64,000 nucleotides of DNA from positions 256,001-320,000 of the forward strand of contig CP181291.1 in assembly GCA_052279835.1 (NCBI GenBank). Direction: 5' to 3'. Origin of the DNA: Microcoleus sp. GTDB lineage: Bacteria; Cyanobacteriota; Cyanobacteriia; Cyanobacteriales; Microcoleaceae. Position numbers and translations under genes: made by a program. Below the pieces are notes generated by a model that saw nothing but the letters and a program-made list of their open reading frames with translations, had not been told where the DNA came from and ran no database searches. This document shows positions 31,762 to 42,554 of this stretch, in pieces (position 1 is the first letter of the stretch; every line of letters begins with the position of its first letter).

Positions 31762-32912
31762 GGTTTTTTTCTTGTTTCCTCATATACATCTAGAAGACTT
31801 TGACCAAATGCGTGTCTCGAAAATAACCTATTTGCTCTTTCCCAAGCAGATTGTCGTTGAGAGAAGAGGTTACTATTGCACAATTCAAACACCTTGTCTC
31901 TGAATTCTTTCTCAGAACCTAGAGAATAGAGAATTCCCGTATCTCCAACAATTTCATCGAATGGGGATATATCTGGAGCAACGATGATCAATCCTTGACC
32001 CATTGCTTCAACAAGTACATAACCCCAATCATCAAGGCAAGAGCCAAAGAGAAATACATCATGTTCAGCCATTAAGCCTTGTAACTGATTTCGAGGTAGG
32101 TGTCCAGTAAATTTTGCTGGAAAGTCATCACCACATACCCATCTCTTGAAAGTATCGTTCGCATGACCAACTAGGGTAAGGCTAAAATTTCTGTTAGTAC
32201 CAGATTTGAGCGTATTAATCATCCAGCGGACTCTTTTTCGAGTGTCTTCTAGATCAACGGCCGCAATCAGAACTTGGCAAACATCATTAGCTGAATCACG
32301 TAGTTTAGGCACACCAATAGAGGTTCCTGGATGAACAATATGCCCTCTTATCCCCTGGGAAGCTAGCTCATTACTTAGTCGCTGAGAAACTGCTAAGACT
32401 GAAATTGCATTTCTATAAGCACGCCAATCTTTCTTCCACCAACCCACACCCTCAAAATATGCCCGTAAGATTCCTATGGGTTTTGATATCCTCCATCCTG
32501 TCAGTTTACCTACTTTTGAAAGATACCCTTTCAAGGAAGTTGGGTACGCCCATGCAGTCATATACTGTGGTACATCAACACGCGGGTCTTGCAGATTGGA
32601 TTGATTTAAAAAATATGCAGACGGTGTGATATCAAGTTCTTGCAGATGCTGGTGTAATAGGTAAACAAATCCCGATGATTCTCCAGAAAGCCTCTCTAAC
32701 TCGCCTGCTATTCGTGAAAGTAGATCTTTTCTCCTGTGACCTCCTGCCTGAGGGTTGAATCGCAAAACTTCAATAACTGGTGTTCCAGGAAGCTCGACTT
32801 CATTTGAACATACAAGTAATACAGGCTGACCCATTTCATGGAGTGCATGTGCAGCTTCCCAGCACCAAGATGCCATACCATTGTTGTTGTACAAATAAGC
32901 AACTACAAACAT
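31758..32912 (-). CDS. Divergent GT4 glycosyltransferase
   Basis: DDWGYVLVEAMGQG motif. Confidence 0.78.
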   Translation of the reverse strand: MFVVAYLYNNNGMASWCWEAAHALHEMGQPVLLVCSNEVELPGTPVIEVLRFNPQAGGHRRKDLLSRIAGELERLSGESSGFVYLLHQHLQELDITPSAYFLNQSNLQDPRVDVPQYMTAWAYPTSLKGYLSKVGKLTGWRISKPIGILRAYFEGVGWWKKDWRAYRNAISVLAVSQRLSNELASQGIRGHIVHPGTSIGVPKLRDSANDVCQVLIAAVDLEDTRKRVRWMINTLKSGTNRNFSLTLVGHANDTFKRWVCGDDFPAKFTGHLPRNQLQGLMAEHDVFLFGSCLDDWGYVLVEAMGQGLIIVAPDISPFDEIVGDTGILYSLGSEKEFRDKVFELCNSNLFSQRQSAWERANRLFSRHAFGQSLLDVYEETRKKP

Positions 32913-32946
32913 TGTGATTTATCATCCTCAATAGTTTTGTTAATAA

Positions 32947-34143
32947 TTAGGGTCTGATACAGCATTGAATCAACTTCACATAATCTGGGCGAAGTTTTTC
33001 CCAGCTAAAGCGGTTGTAAGCTTGCTGATGAATCCGATAACGGTTGGAAATATTATCAGCTTCTGCTAGGACTTTAGGAATCAGATTTGCCAAACTCCCT
33101 GGCAATTCAAAATTCGCTAAATACCCCTCTGGTTCTAAAATAAAACGGGTCACTTCATAATCATGAGCTAAACAAGGTAAGCCATAGCACATGGCTTCTA
33201 AAAAGACGCGCCCAAACCCTTCACTGAGAGAAGCCAGGATAAAAGCATCAGCGATCTTGTAGTAATTTTTTACTTCATTTAAAGCAACAGAGCGAGTTTG
33301 AAAATTATCAAATCCTAATAGTTCATTACCTAGTTTAATGATTTCTGATGATTCCGCATCTTGTTGACCTAATAACAATAGATAAGGACGCGGTTCAGGC
33401 AGACTAGCAACCTCACGAATTACATAATCCATACGCTTGTGACCTCGGTTAATTGCTCCTACTGAAAGTAGCAAAGGTTGCTGCTCTGGTAATCTTAGTT
33501 GATGTCGCAAGACTGCCCGTTCATTTGGCATCAAAATTTGGAGTTCAGAAGCAATATCAACAGCGTAAGGAACCAAACTTTGTTTTTCAAGAGGTACACC
33601 AGCCTTTAAAGCTGTGTCTAAATTAACAGGAACCACTTGTTGTACATGATCTGGACGGACAAAAAATGATGGCAAGATTGGACCACCATTAGAAAATAAC
33701 AACTTATAGCTTTGTTTTGTCAAACGCCGCCAGTGCCACAGCATATTGCCTAAATTTTCATCACTAAAGTAAATAACATCTGGTTTTTTGAAGTATACGT
33801 GTGGCAAGAGGCTCAAAAAAAATGAACCCTGTTCTACCGTATAAGCACCTCTGCCGAATAGTGTATCAGTAATCCGACCGATTTGCTGAGTCAACGAAGC
33901 ATTCCGGGGAAAATTCCACAAAGCAATTTCTTTTTCAGAAGACTTGCCACCACCTTTGAAAAGGGTAACGTCAAGCAAAGGCTCTTGAGATAAAGCCTCA
34001 AAGCATTCTTGAGTAAAAGACTCATAACCCCGCTTAATGTGACCCAGGCCTGAGCAAATGATAAAAACTTTAATCACTTGCTCCTTAGTCAAGCTAGTAT
34101 GTAAAGCTTCTGATGCTGGAATTGCTCTACTCTTCGTTTTCAT
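32947..34143 (-). CDS. GT4 glycosyltransferase
   Basis: SLSEGFGRVFLEAM motif. Confidence 0.9.
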   Translation of the reverse strand: MKTKSRAIPASEALHTSLTKEQVIKVFIICSGLGHIKRGYESFTQECFEALSQEPLLDVTLFKGGGKSSEKEIALWNFPRNASLTQQIGRITDTLFGRGAYTVEQGSFFLSLLPHVYFKKPDVIYFSDENLGNMLWHWRRLTKQSYKLLFSNGGPILPSFFVRPDHVQQVVPVNLDTALKAGVPLEKQSLVPYAVDIASELQILMPNERAVLRHQLRLPEQQPLLLSVGAINRGHKRMDYVIREVASLPEPRPYLLLLGQQDAESSEIIKLGNELLGFDNFQTRSVALNEVKNYYKIADAFILASLSEGFGRVFLEAMCYGLPCLAHDYEVTRFILEPEGYLANFELPGSLANLIPKVLAEADNISNRYRIHQQAYNRFSWEKLRPDYVKLIQCCIRP

Positions 34144-34631
34144 AGTTCTATCTTCCTCAAAACTTTTGCTGGATTACCCACTACGATGCTTTTCGGCGGC
34201 ACATTTTTAGTTACTACAGAACCAGCACCAACGATAGAATCATCACCAATCGTGATTCCTGGTAGCACAACTGCACCCATGCCAAGCCATGCATTTTTAC
34301 CAATAATTACAGGTTTGGTAATTTCATCTTCAGCAAACCGTTTTGCCGAGTCAATTGGGTGGGTAGTGGTAGTAATAGAACAATTACTAGATATCATAGC
34401 ACCGCTTCCAATCTTGACTCCTCCTACAGCAAAGATATAAGTAAAAGCATGAATGCAAACATCATTTCCCACTTCTAGGCAATCTTCTGACCAAATAAGG
34501 CATTTAGGGCTAATATAAACCCTTTCTCCACAAGCCTTGAATGAACGCTTCATTCTCCTGACTTTGAAATCTTCATAGCCTAGGAAAAAACGGTCAAATA
34601 CTCGGTAAAATAAATCGTTAATCATTGGCAC
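34140..34631 (-). CDS. Hexapeptide-repeat sugar O-acetyltransferase
   Basis: IGKNAWLG..AVVLPGITIG..SIVGAGSVVTK...GNPAK. Confidence 0.92.
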   Translation of the reverse strand: MPMINDLFYRVFDRFFLGYEDFKVRRMKRSFKACGERVYISPKCLIWSEDCLEVGNDVCIHAFTYIFAVGGVKIGSGAMISSNCSITTTTHPIDSAKRFAEDEITKPVIIGKNAWLGMGAVVLPGITIGDDSIVGAGSVVTKNVPPKSIVVGNPAKVLRKIEL

Positions 34632-34719
34632 TTTATTGACAGGGTATATACCACCAGTAGCTTAAATTATGGTCATTCAGCAGGGTCTACAGGATTCGAG
34701 CAACAGAATTCAAAAAGCT

Positions 34720-36570
34720 TTAGCTCACTTGACCGGCTTCACTTTGGATCTGGTGATATTTCCAGAGGTGACCGCGTTGTTCGAGTAATTCTTGATACCC
34801 TCCCTGTTCCACAATGCGACCTTGCTCAAGCACAACCACCTTATCTGCTCGGACAATAGTGGATAGACGGTGCGCGATCGCAATTACGGTACGACCTACA
34901 GACAGCTTTTCTAGAGACTCCTGAATCAATCGCTCTGATACAGAGTCTAAGGCACTGGTTGCTTCATCTAATATTAAAATTTCTGGATTGCGTAACAAAG
35001 CACGTGCGATCGCAATCCGTTGGCGTTGACCACCGGACAAGCGTACCCCCCGGTCTCCAAGTTGAGTCTCAAATCCTTCAGGCATATCTTGGATAAATTC
35101 TAGAGCATTCGCTTGTCGAGCTGCTTCTTGAATTTCCTGTTCTGTTGCGCTTTCTTTTCCATAGACAAGATTGTTCCGGACAGAAGTATTAAAGATGAAA
35201 GTATCCTGACTGACCACAGCTAGCTTGTGTCGCAGCGAGTTAATCTCTATCTGCCGCAGATCAACACCATCGATCAGAACTTGACCAGCCGTTGGGTCAT
35301 AAAATCTGGCAACCAGGTCAGCCAGAGTTGTTTTGCCAGCACCGGAAGCCCCCACCAGTGCGATCATCTGTCCTCCCTTAATCGTCAGTGTAATATTATT
35401 TAGCACCAGCTTACTGTCATCGTACCCAAAATCTACCGACACAAAATCAATTGAGCGTTTTAAACCTAGAAACTTAATATTCCCGTTACTAAAATATTGT
35501 TTATTATCTGTTCTCAAGAGTTCTTTAATATTCTGTGTTGAGCCTTCTAGGGTACTAAGAATTGCCCTCGTACCATTGATGTCTTGCACAATGGGTACAA
35601 GGCGAAACAAGACAAAGAAAAAAGTTAACAATGAAGCTACATTAAGCGCTCCATTAGTTAAAGCACCAGTGAAAGCAACAATAATCATTCCCACTAAAAT
35701 AGTTGTTGCTATTCCTTCTGCAAGAGGTTTTACAATTGTCCAAGCAAGGGCAAGTTTAGTGGTGGATTGAATAACATTAGAACTTGCTTTGTAGTACCGC
35801 TGACGCTCGAATTCTTGAGTGCCAAACGCCTGAACAGTGCGAATTCCATTAATGAATTCGATTGCTGTTGAGACCAAATGACCGTTAGCTGTAGTTACCG
35901 CAAAACTTTTTTCTCGTGCTTTTGCAATTAACGTTGATAAACCCACTGCCATCAGACTAAACAGCAACAGTGAAACAACTGTCAACTGCCACGACAGTAA
36001 AAGCATTGAAAGCAGATAGGCGATAATAGTCAGGCTGCGGCTAATTAAGAAAGCAGCTCCCCCGAAAGCTTGTTTAATTTTTTCAACCTCAGTTGTGATC
36101 GTGTTAATAAGTTCACCAGCTTTTGTCTTCGAGAAGAAACTTAAGCTCACAGCCTGAAGTTGTTCAAAAATCTGTATTCGGAGCCGATCTAGGAGATGGA
36201 GTTGAGACAATTCGGTATAAAGACTTGCTAGGTAATTAAAGGCTGAACGAATCCATGTACTTAGTAAAATCAGAGCAGATATGCGGTAGAGCCGACTAGT
36301 AGCAGATGTATTTACTCCTAGAATCCAAATGTCAAACCAGCTATTTCCTGTCTGAATCGGTTTCGCATTTGGATTGGTCAAGCTTTGTAAGAATGAAAGT
36401 AAGAAACCAATACTTACTCCTTCAAAAGTTGCAGCTAGAATAGAGAATACTAGAGCTAAGATTACAACTTTAGGAAAGTATTTGAATTCTCGCAGGAATA
36501 GGTAATTGTCCTGCCAGAACTTCGTAGCCTTTAGTAAACTGGGAACAGGAGTAAGGAGCTTAAAAGACAT
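34720..36570 (-). CDS. hepA: HepA-family ABC transporter (permease plus ATPase)
   Basis: GASGAGKT, LSGGQRQR and LDEATSALD motifs with an N-terminal TMD; start placed at ATG 36570. Confidence 0.8.
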   Translation of the reverse strand: MSFKLLTPVPSLLKATKFWQDNYLFLREFKYFPKVVILALVFSILAATFEGVSIGFLLSFLQSLTNPNAKPIQTGNSWFDIWILGVNTSATSRLYRISALILLSTWIRSAFNYLASLYTELSQLHLLDRLRIQIFEQLQAVSLSFFSKTKAGELINTITTEVEKIKQAFGGAAFLISRSLTIIAYLLSMLLLSWQLTVVSLLLFSLMAVGLSTLIAKAREKSFAVTTANGHLVSTAIEFINGIRTVQAFGTQEFERQRYYKASSNVIQSTTKLALAWTIVKPLAEGIATTILVGMIIVAFTGALTNGALNVASLLTFFFVLFRLVPIVQDINGTRAILSTLEGSTQNIKELLRTDNKQYFSNGNIKFLGLKRSIDFVSVDFGYDDSKLVLNNITLTIKGGQMIALVGASGAGKTTLADLVARFYDPTAGQVLIDGVDLRQIEINSLRHKLAVVSQDTFIFNTSVRNNLVYGKESATEQEIQEAARQANALEFIQDMPEGFETQLGDRGVRLSGGQRQRIAIARALLRNPEILILDEATSALDSVSERLIQESLEKLSVGRTVIAIAHRLSTIVRADKVVVLEQGRIVEQGGYQELLEQRGHLWKYHQIQSEAGQVS

Positions 36571-36619
36571 GATTTTTTTTCTAGGTATCAACGATCGACT
36601 CAGAGAGTCGTAAACATAT

Positions 36620-37885
36620 TCAGTTATCAATCATCATTATGTCAAATATCCGATCGAGTTTTGAGTATACCGCTGAACTTGAGTGTTCGTTCTTAAAGGT
36701 TATAGCAACCTCTTGGGAAATCTTTTGAGCTAATTCTGGTTCATTAAGTAAGCAGAGGATTTGTTCAGCATAGACCCTTGGATCATCTGTAACGAAGGCA
36801 TTTACGCCATCTATCAAGCTAACTGCGGAAGCTGAAATCTTAGTAGCAACGATGGGCATTGCATAAGCCATTGCTTCTACAAGCTTAAATTTAGTACCAG
36901 CCCCAGTTATTAAAGGACAAATTGCCACTCTCGATTTGAAGTAAATCTCTGCTAAATCCGGAACGTATCCCAAGCAATCAACATTTTCTTTGAAAGAGGC
37001 ATCAACTTGAATATCTTGGATTATTTGACCAGCAATTATCAGCAGAGTATCAGGTTTACGGCGAACAATGTCAGGTAAAACTGAATTCAGGAAAAAAGTT
37101 ATACCCTCCTTATTGGGTTGATTATTAGAACCAACAAACAGCAGATCGTACTTAAACTCTCTGCCTTGATAAGGAACTATATTTGACTCATAACTTAACC
37201 CTTCAATTAAAGTGGGAACTAAGCATAACTTTTCGGACGGGAGGTGTGAGCTAAGAATTGTCCTCTCATCCTGAGCATCAATAATCACCCGATCAAATTT
37301 ATTGATTAGTTTTATCTCCCGACTGAAATTTGACTCATAGTCAAATTTCAATTCTTTAGAATAAGAGATATTTTTCCTAACTAGGCGAAAATTGGAGGTA
37401 ATATCATGCAGGTCAATTATAGTACGAACCCCCAATTTGCTTTTTGCTGCTAAATGAGCATAGTCTAGGACATTAATCCAAATAAAATCGTATTTATTTT
37501 GAGCTACTAAATTCCGAACAAATTCAACATAACCTGGAGGAGCAAAGTAATCAGAATCGACAGGTAATTGTTGCCGTAATAATTTTTGATAATAGAAGCT
37601 TTGGCTTCGAGTATATACGAAGTCACATAGGTTACGCTCACCTTCGTATATAAACACGTTATCTAGAAAATTTAATATTTCTTTTCTTTGTTCCGAACTC
37701 CATTGAGGAAATCCAAATTCATTGCCACCTACACCATGCACTTCAAAAAACTCTTTTCGATTCCTAAAATATTTTAAAACCCCTAAGACTCGCCCCTGTC
37801 TGCCGTTATAATTGCCGGGATCGATGGGAGTTGGTAAGTGGAACAGAATCTTTTTCTTCGCTTGACTCATTGAGATTACCTCCAT
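36620..37885 (-). CDS. GT4-like glycosyltransferase
   Basis: PN.EG and GAGTKFKLVEAMA motifs. Confidence 0.85.
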   Translation of the reverse strand: MEVISMSQAKKKILFHLPTPIDPGNYNGRQGRVLGVLKYFRNRKEFFEVHGVGGNEFGFPQWSSEQRKEILNFLDNVFIYEGERNLCDFVYTRSQSFYYQKLLRQQLPVDSDYFAPPGYVEFVRNLVAQNKYDFIWINVLDYAHLAAKSKLGVRTIIDLHDITSNFRLVRKNISYSKELKFDYESNFSREIKLINKFDRVIIDAQDERTILSSHLPSEKLCLVPTLIEGLSYESNIVPYQGREFKYDLLFVGSNNQPNKEGITFFLNSVLPDIVRRKPDTLLIIAGQIIQDIQVDASFKENVDCLGYVPDLAEIYFKSRVAICPLITGAGTKFKLVEAMAYAMPIVATKISASAVSLIDGVNAFVTDDPRVYAEQILCLLNEPELAQKISQEVAITFKNEHSSSAVYSKLDRIFDIMMIDN

Positions 37886-37943
37886 TAAATTTTATTTTTG
37901 ATTTCAATTAAATCAGCACCCCAATTTACTGTAATAATTTAAA

Positions 37944-38858
37944 TCAGGTATTAATTAAAGTTTTAATGCCCTCACTTAGACTAATCTTAGTATCCCAGTT
38001 CATAAAAGCTTTAAGTTTAGATATGTCAGCTAGTAAATGCATTCGTTCAACTTTTCTGACTCGCGACTGATCCACTTTAATCGTTATTTCTTCTCCAAGT
38101 TGGTTCTCAAATTCTTTTACTACATCTATCACCGAATATTCTTGACCACTCCCTAAGTTAAATACATCTATTCCAGAATCAAACTTGTCAAGCAGCATAA
38201 AAATAGCTCTTGCCATATCATAGGTGTGGATAAAATCTCGTTTTGGTTCTAGATTGCCCAGCTCAATAGTTCTTAAACCCGAATTAACTTGTCTTTGAAT
38301 TTCAGGAATTAAGTGCAGATTGGTTTCATTCGGACCAAACGCATTGAAAAACCGACAAACTACTGTAGGAATAGATGTTTGCAGGTAAAATTCATTCATC
38401 AAATGTTCGCCAGCAAGTTTAGATAACCCATAAATATCTAGAGGGTTCGTTGGCTGAGTTTCTGGGATAGCATGGTCACAAATTGGATATACTGCTGCTG
38501 TCGAAGCAAAAAACATCTTTTCTAAATTTTTTAAGCTTTTCGCAGCGTTTAATACGTTGATAGTCCCTTGGATATTAATGTTACTCGACTTGAAAGGATG
38601 TTGATTGCAGTAGGGAATAAAGTGTATGGCTGCCAGATGAATAATCCAGTCTGGATCGATTTTATGAATAACTTCTTTTAAGTCATTTCCGTTCAAAATA
38701 TCAAGCTGATGAAAATACGTATCAGGAATTGTCAAAAAATCTCTATTCCCAAAGGATAAGTCATCAATAACATAAATATCATTACCATGCTTTTGAAGTT
38801 CAGCTATTGTTGCCGAACCTATAAAACCTGCTCCACCAGTTACTAAAATTTTTGTCAT
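37944..38858 (-). CDS. NAD-dependent epimerase/dehydratase (GalE-like)
   Basis: TGGAGFIG, YGLSK and RDFIH motifs. Confidence 0.92.
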   Translation of the reverse strand: MTKILVTGGAGFIGSATIAELQKHGNDIYVIDDLSFGNRDFLTIPDTYFHQLDILNGNDLKEVIHKIDPDWIIHLAAIHFIPYCNQHPFKSSNINIQGTINVLNAAKSLKNLEKMFFASTAAVYPICDHAIPETQPTNPLDIYGLSKLAGEHLMNEFYLQTSIPTVVCRFFNAFGPNETNLHLIPEIQRQVNSGLRTIELGNLEPKRDFIHTYDMARAIFMLLDKFDSGIDVFNLGSGQEYSVIDVVKEFENQLGEEITIKVDQSRVRKVERMHLLADISKLKAFMNWDTKISLSEGIKTLINT

Positions 38859-39208
38859 TTTTCACCTGTTTAGACTTCAACAGTTGGAGTTTTTACTGGT
38901 TATCTATGGACTTTAGCTCGTGATTAATCGCTATGTGTATGCGTAGTTAAATTATGCCAAATCTACATTTATGATGTGAGGAATAGCGCTTATAATTTTC
39001 CAGACAGCATCACAATTAATCCCAAAATATTGAGTTTTGTAGGTGAGTTCTGGAAGCATGAAGTTAGTCGTCCATTGCTTCCCTAAACTTGGCATAAAGT
39101 TCAGAAGGTTTTTCAATTGAACATTCAGTGTTTATCTACAACCAAATCAACCTGATTTGAATTGTTTCTCTGAATCTGAGCTTCTGCAATTTCCCCTGAT
39201 ATACTCAC

Positions 39209-39898
39209 CTATGGTTGACCTTCTGAGCCTAGCCGTAGTGCCTCAGATATTGTCAAAGGACAGAATGAATCCCTCAAGCTAATTTCACCCCGTAGCACAT
39301 TGAACAACTGTGGTAATTTATCCAGGTTGTACTTAAAAATCCAACGAATTAAAAGTGTAGCACGAGAATCGTCATTAGCGACTCTAGTCGGAAACTTGAG
39401 AAGCCGGAATAATTTGCCTCCTGTGCCCATGTACCATTGCCTAGAGAAAATCGGCTCTGGTGAATTGAGATAGATCAATATAGATGTCGCCAATATAGTC
39501 GGACTGAGTAATAGGAGGAACACACAGGCGACAAACGAGTCCATCCATTGCTTGGGATGGGGACTAAGTTGGCTTGGCTTTTGAAATGTTTTTTGAATCC
39601 TTCCACGTAAAAACACGGGTTTGTTCGCTTGCTCGCAGGCATCGGCCCAGAGTTTGAGCGTTGCCTCACCTAGGCTTGGATGGAGGCAAACCAGCCGTAC
39701 AGGAGATTGTTTCAAGCATTCTACTAGCTGTTGCTCAGTCTCAAACGCCGAGATATAAGGCTGTTTGGCTTGTTGTCCGAAACTGACGAATAACATTCCC
39801 TGTCGCCACTTCAGAATGCAGGGAGATAAGTAATGGCTTGAATGCTGTTGTTGTGCAGAAGAATAGATATTTAAATTTGAGAGTGCTGAATTGGTCAT
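39209..39898 (-). CDS. hepC: HepC-like sugar transferase with degenerate phosphoglycosyl-transferase domain
   Basis: WADACEQANKPVFL N-domain, a TM helix, then KF and LDKLPQLFNVLRGEIS. Confidence 0.7.
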   Translation of the reverse strand: MTNSALSNLNIYSSAQQQHSSHYLSPCILKWRQGMLFVSFGQQAKQPYISAFETEQQLVECLKQSPVRLVCLHPSLGEATLKLWADACEQANKPVFLRGRIQKTFQKPSQLSPHPKQWMDSFVACVFLLLLSPTILATSILIYLNSPEPIFSRQWYMGTGGKLFRLLKFPTRVANDDSRATLLIRWIFKYNLDKLPQLFNVLRGEISLRDSFCPLTISEALRLGSEGQP

Positions 39899-40310
39899 AG
39901 GTTCTGAATTAACTGATGCTAATCTCAGTAATTATGGTTAGTAAGTAAAACTACTTAAACATTTAAATCGTACATACATTACTTAAGTAGAATTACTGCT
40001 CTACAGTAACACAGTTTAAAAACAAGTCAATAGTTGGTCAATTTTTTTTATTTATAATTTTGATATTGACAAGAACAACATTTTATGTATAAAAGGGACG
40101 CGAATAAATGATGTCGATCGCCTTCGCGGGGTGACAACCAAGTTGAAAGACTTTGCCTGGTAAGGTTTTGAGTTGAGTGGTCTCAAGAAAGATCGAAGCG
40201 GGCGATCGCCACTTTAGAGGTTGGGGATCGTAGAAAATGAGGTTGAAGGGCGATCGCTACCCAGGAAAATTATCACTCAACCTGTCAAGAAGCCATCATT
40301 TTTTTCATGA

Positions 40311-42515
40311 TTAAGCACGAAGAGCCCCATTCGCGATCAGCCCGATCGTATTTAACTTGTTCAGCATGGCAGTAGTATCACTGAGCGCAGTTTTTGTCAC
40401 CACGTCAATACGTGCCACCAACACTACCCCCCGGCAACAGGATGCAACCAGCAGAACATCTACCATCCCTAAAACAGGAGGTGCATTCAGCAGCACTAAA
40501 TCATAATTCTGCTCAAACCCTGTGATTAATCTCTGCATTTGAGGAGAACTTAACAGATTTACGGGATCTTCGGGTATGGACCCAGAAGTCAAAATATCAA
40601 TATATAAGTCTGATGATGGAACATAACTGCGTATGGGCATCGTAGCGTTACTTTCCAGCAGAGTTGAAAGCCCATACTCATTAGGAAGATTGAGCTGTTT
40701 ATGCAGCATGGGTTTACGGAAATCAGCATCAATTAGCAGTACCCGTTGATGTAGACGCGCAGCACTAATTGCCAAACCTAATGCGATGGTTGATTTTCCC
40801 TCACCATCCAATGCTGAAGTAATAATTAAAGGACTGAAAGTCGAACCAGAGTTTTGAAGCTGAATATTCTTATAAATTAGGTCAAAGGATTCCCAAGCTG
40901 GGGGACTATGAATTACTTCAATCGTGCAAGGTGCCATACCTTCCGGCTTGCCGAAAGGTAGCTTGATGATTGGTTCAGTTCCCCAAGTCGCAGAAACTGG
41001 ACGCTTGCCGAAAGGTAGCTTAATGATTGGTTTATTCTTCTTGACCTGCGGTAGGTGTGGAGTCATTCCTAGTAGAGGCAGAGCCACCAGTTTTTTTAAC
41101 TGATCGGAGCTATGAACAGAATCATCCAACATATCGCGAGCAAAAGCCACAGCAACACCCAAGAACAAGCCGACCACGACACCTAGCATTATGTTCTGCT
41201 TTTTTTTGGAAACACTCTTTGTACCGGGTTGCGGTACTTCTACAACTTGCCAATCAAATCCCCCTCTGGCAATTTCCAGGCTTAAGTCCTGCCGTGCTTT
41301 CTCTAACTGTTGAAATGTTTCACGCTTGAGTTGTATGTCTGTTTGTAGACGAGTGTACTTAGCCAATAGATTAGGAAATCGATCTATTGCTACACGGAGT
41401 TGCTGCTCTTTTTTTGCCAGTGCTTCGTCGCGTGCAGTTAAGCCTTTTAAATTTGTCTGAATATCCAGAAGCTTACTAGCGATAGTTAAGTCAGTTGTAC
41501 CGAGTTGCCTTTCTTTCAAAAGGCTTTCTCCCGTAACCGGGATCTGAGCAGAAACTTCTGGTATAGCACGTTGCCCTTCTGCTTGCAAAAGACTTAGTTG
41601 CTTGTTTCGTTCCGAGAGTAGCTTTTGAATAACTGGGTTTTTGTCAGTGAAGCGTATTCGTTGTTGGCCGATGGCTAAATCTGTTTTTTGGATTTCGTTG
41701 AGTAAGGCTTGATAACGAGAAGACTGACTTAGCCGTGCCGCAACGAGCGCTTCCTGGGGAGAACTAGCAAGTTGCTGCTGCAAAGAGTCGTATTGAGCCT
41801 GAAGCTCCATTCTAGTCACCTGGTTTGTCCGTCGCTCCTGCTGAATGCTATTAATTGCCTCAGTCAGAGCTTTTGCTTGTACTTCCGGCTCAATTAGATT
41901 TTGATTTTTGCGAAACTCTTCTAAAGTTGCCTCAACTTGAGCAACATTGTTACGAGCCTTGGGTAATTGTTCATCAATGAATGCAAGACCTTTAGTTAAA
42001 CGTAGTCTCTGCTGTTCTCGGTTGTAATCCACATAAACCCGTTGCATTATTTGTAGCACTTTTTGGGTTTGAGTCGGATTATTAGCCGTGTAAGTTACTT
42101 CAAAAATCTTAGTCTGGGTTTTTGCCTTCTCATCCGCCACTTGAGTAACGGCTAAGGATTTTTTAATCTCATCTACATCAATGCCTGGGTAGTCAGGGCG
42201 AAGCAATGCCACCGCTCTTTGAATGAGCTGAGAACCTTGCATCAAACTAAGCTGAGTAGCATTGTCTATTTCAACGTTAGAATCTGCAAATTGATTACCA
42301 GTTTTACCATCTTTTTTGCCTTGATAATTAGACTCGACCAGGAGCTGCATGGAGCTTTTATAGGTAGGCTTTTCCTTCAAGGCTTTTGCAGTCGCAGCAG
42401 CCAAGACAATACACAAAACACTTAGCATCCAAAAGCGTCTGCGGATTAAAACTGCAAACAGTTCTCCATAGCCAGCTTCGGTTTCAGCCATTGAGGTGAT
42501 ATTGTTTTCAGTCAC
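40311..42515 (-). CDS. wzc: Wzc/GumC polysaccharide co-polymerase / BY-kinase-like protein
   Basis: Two TMs flanking a coiled coil, then GEGKST and LLIDAD.RKP. Confidence 0.88.
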   Translation of the reverse strand: MTENNITSMAETEAGYGELFAVLIRRRFWMLSVLCIVLAAATAKALKEKPTYKSSMQLLVESNYQGKKDGKTGNQFADSNVEIDNATQLSLMQGSQLIQRAVALLRPDYPGIDVDEIKKSLAVTQVADEKAKTQTKIFEVTYTANNPTQTQKVLQIMQRVYVDYNREQQRLRLTKGLAFIDEQLPKARNNVAQVEATLEEFRKNQNLIEPEVQAKALTEAINSIQQERRTNQVTRMELQAQYDSLQQQLASSPQEALVAARLSQSSRYQALLNEIQKTDLAIGQQRIRFTDKNPVIQKLLSERNKQLSLLQAEGQRAIPEVSAQIPVTGESLLKERQLGTTDLTIASKLLDIQTNLKGLTARDEALAKKEQQLRVAIDRFPNLLAKYTRLQTDIQLKRETFQQLEKARQDLSLEIARGGFDWQVVEVPQPGTKSVSKKKQNIMLGVVVGLFLGVAVAFARDMLDDSVHSSDQLKKLVALPLLGMTPHLPQVKKNKPIIKLPFGKRPVSATWGTEPIIKLPFGKPEGMAPCTIEVIHSPPAWESFDLIYKNIQLQNSGSTFSPLIITSALDGEGKSTIALGLAISAARLHQRVLLIDADFRKPMLHKQLNLPNEYGLSTLLESNATMPIRSYVPSSDLYIDILTSGSIPEDPVNLLSSPQMQRLITGFEQNYDLVLLNAPPVLGMVDVLLVASCCRGVVLVARIDVVTKTALSDTTAMLNKLNTIGLIANGALRA

Positions 42516-42554
42516 TTCTGGGCCTCGCTCATAAACGTATTAAACCAATTATAT

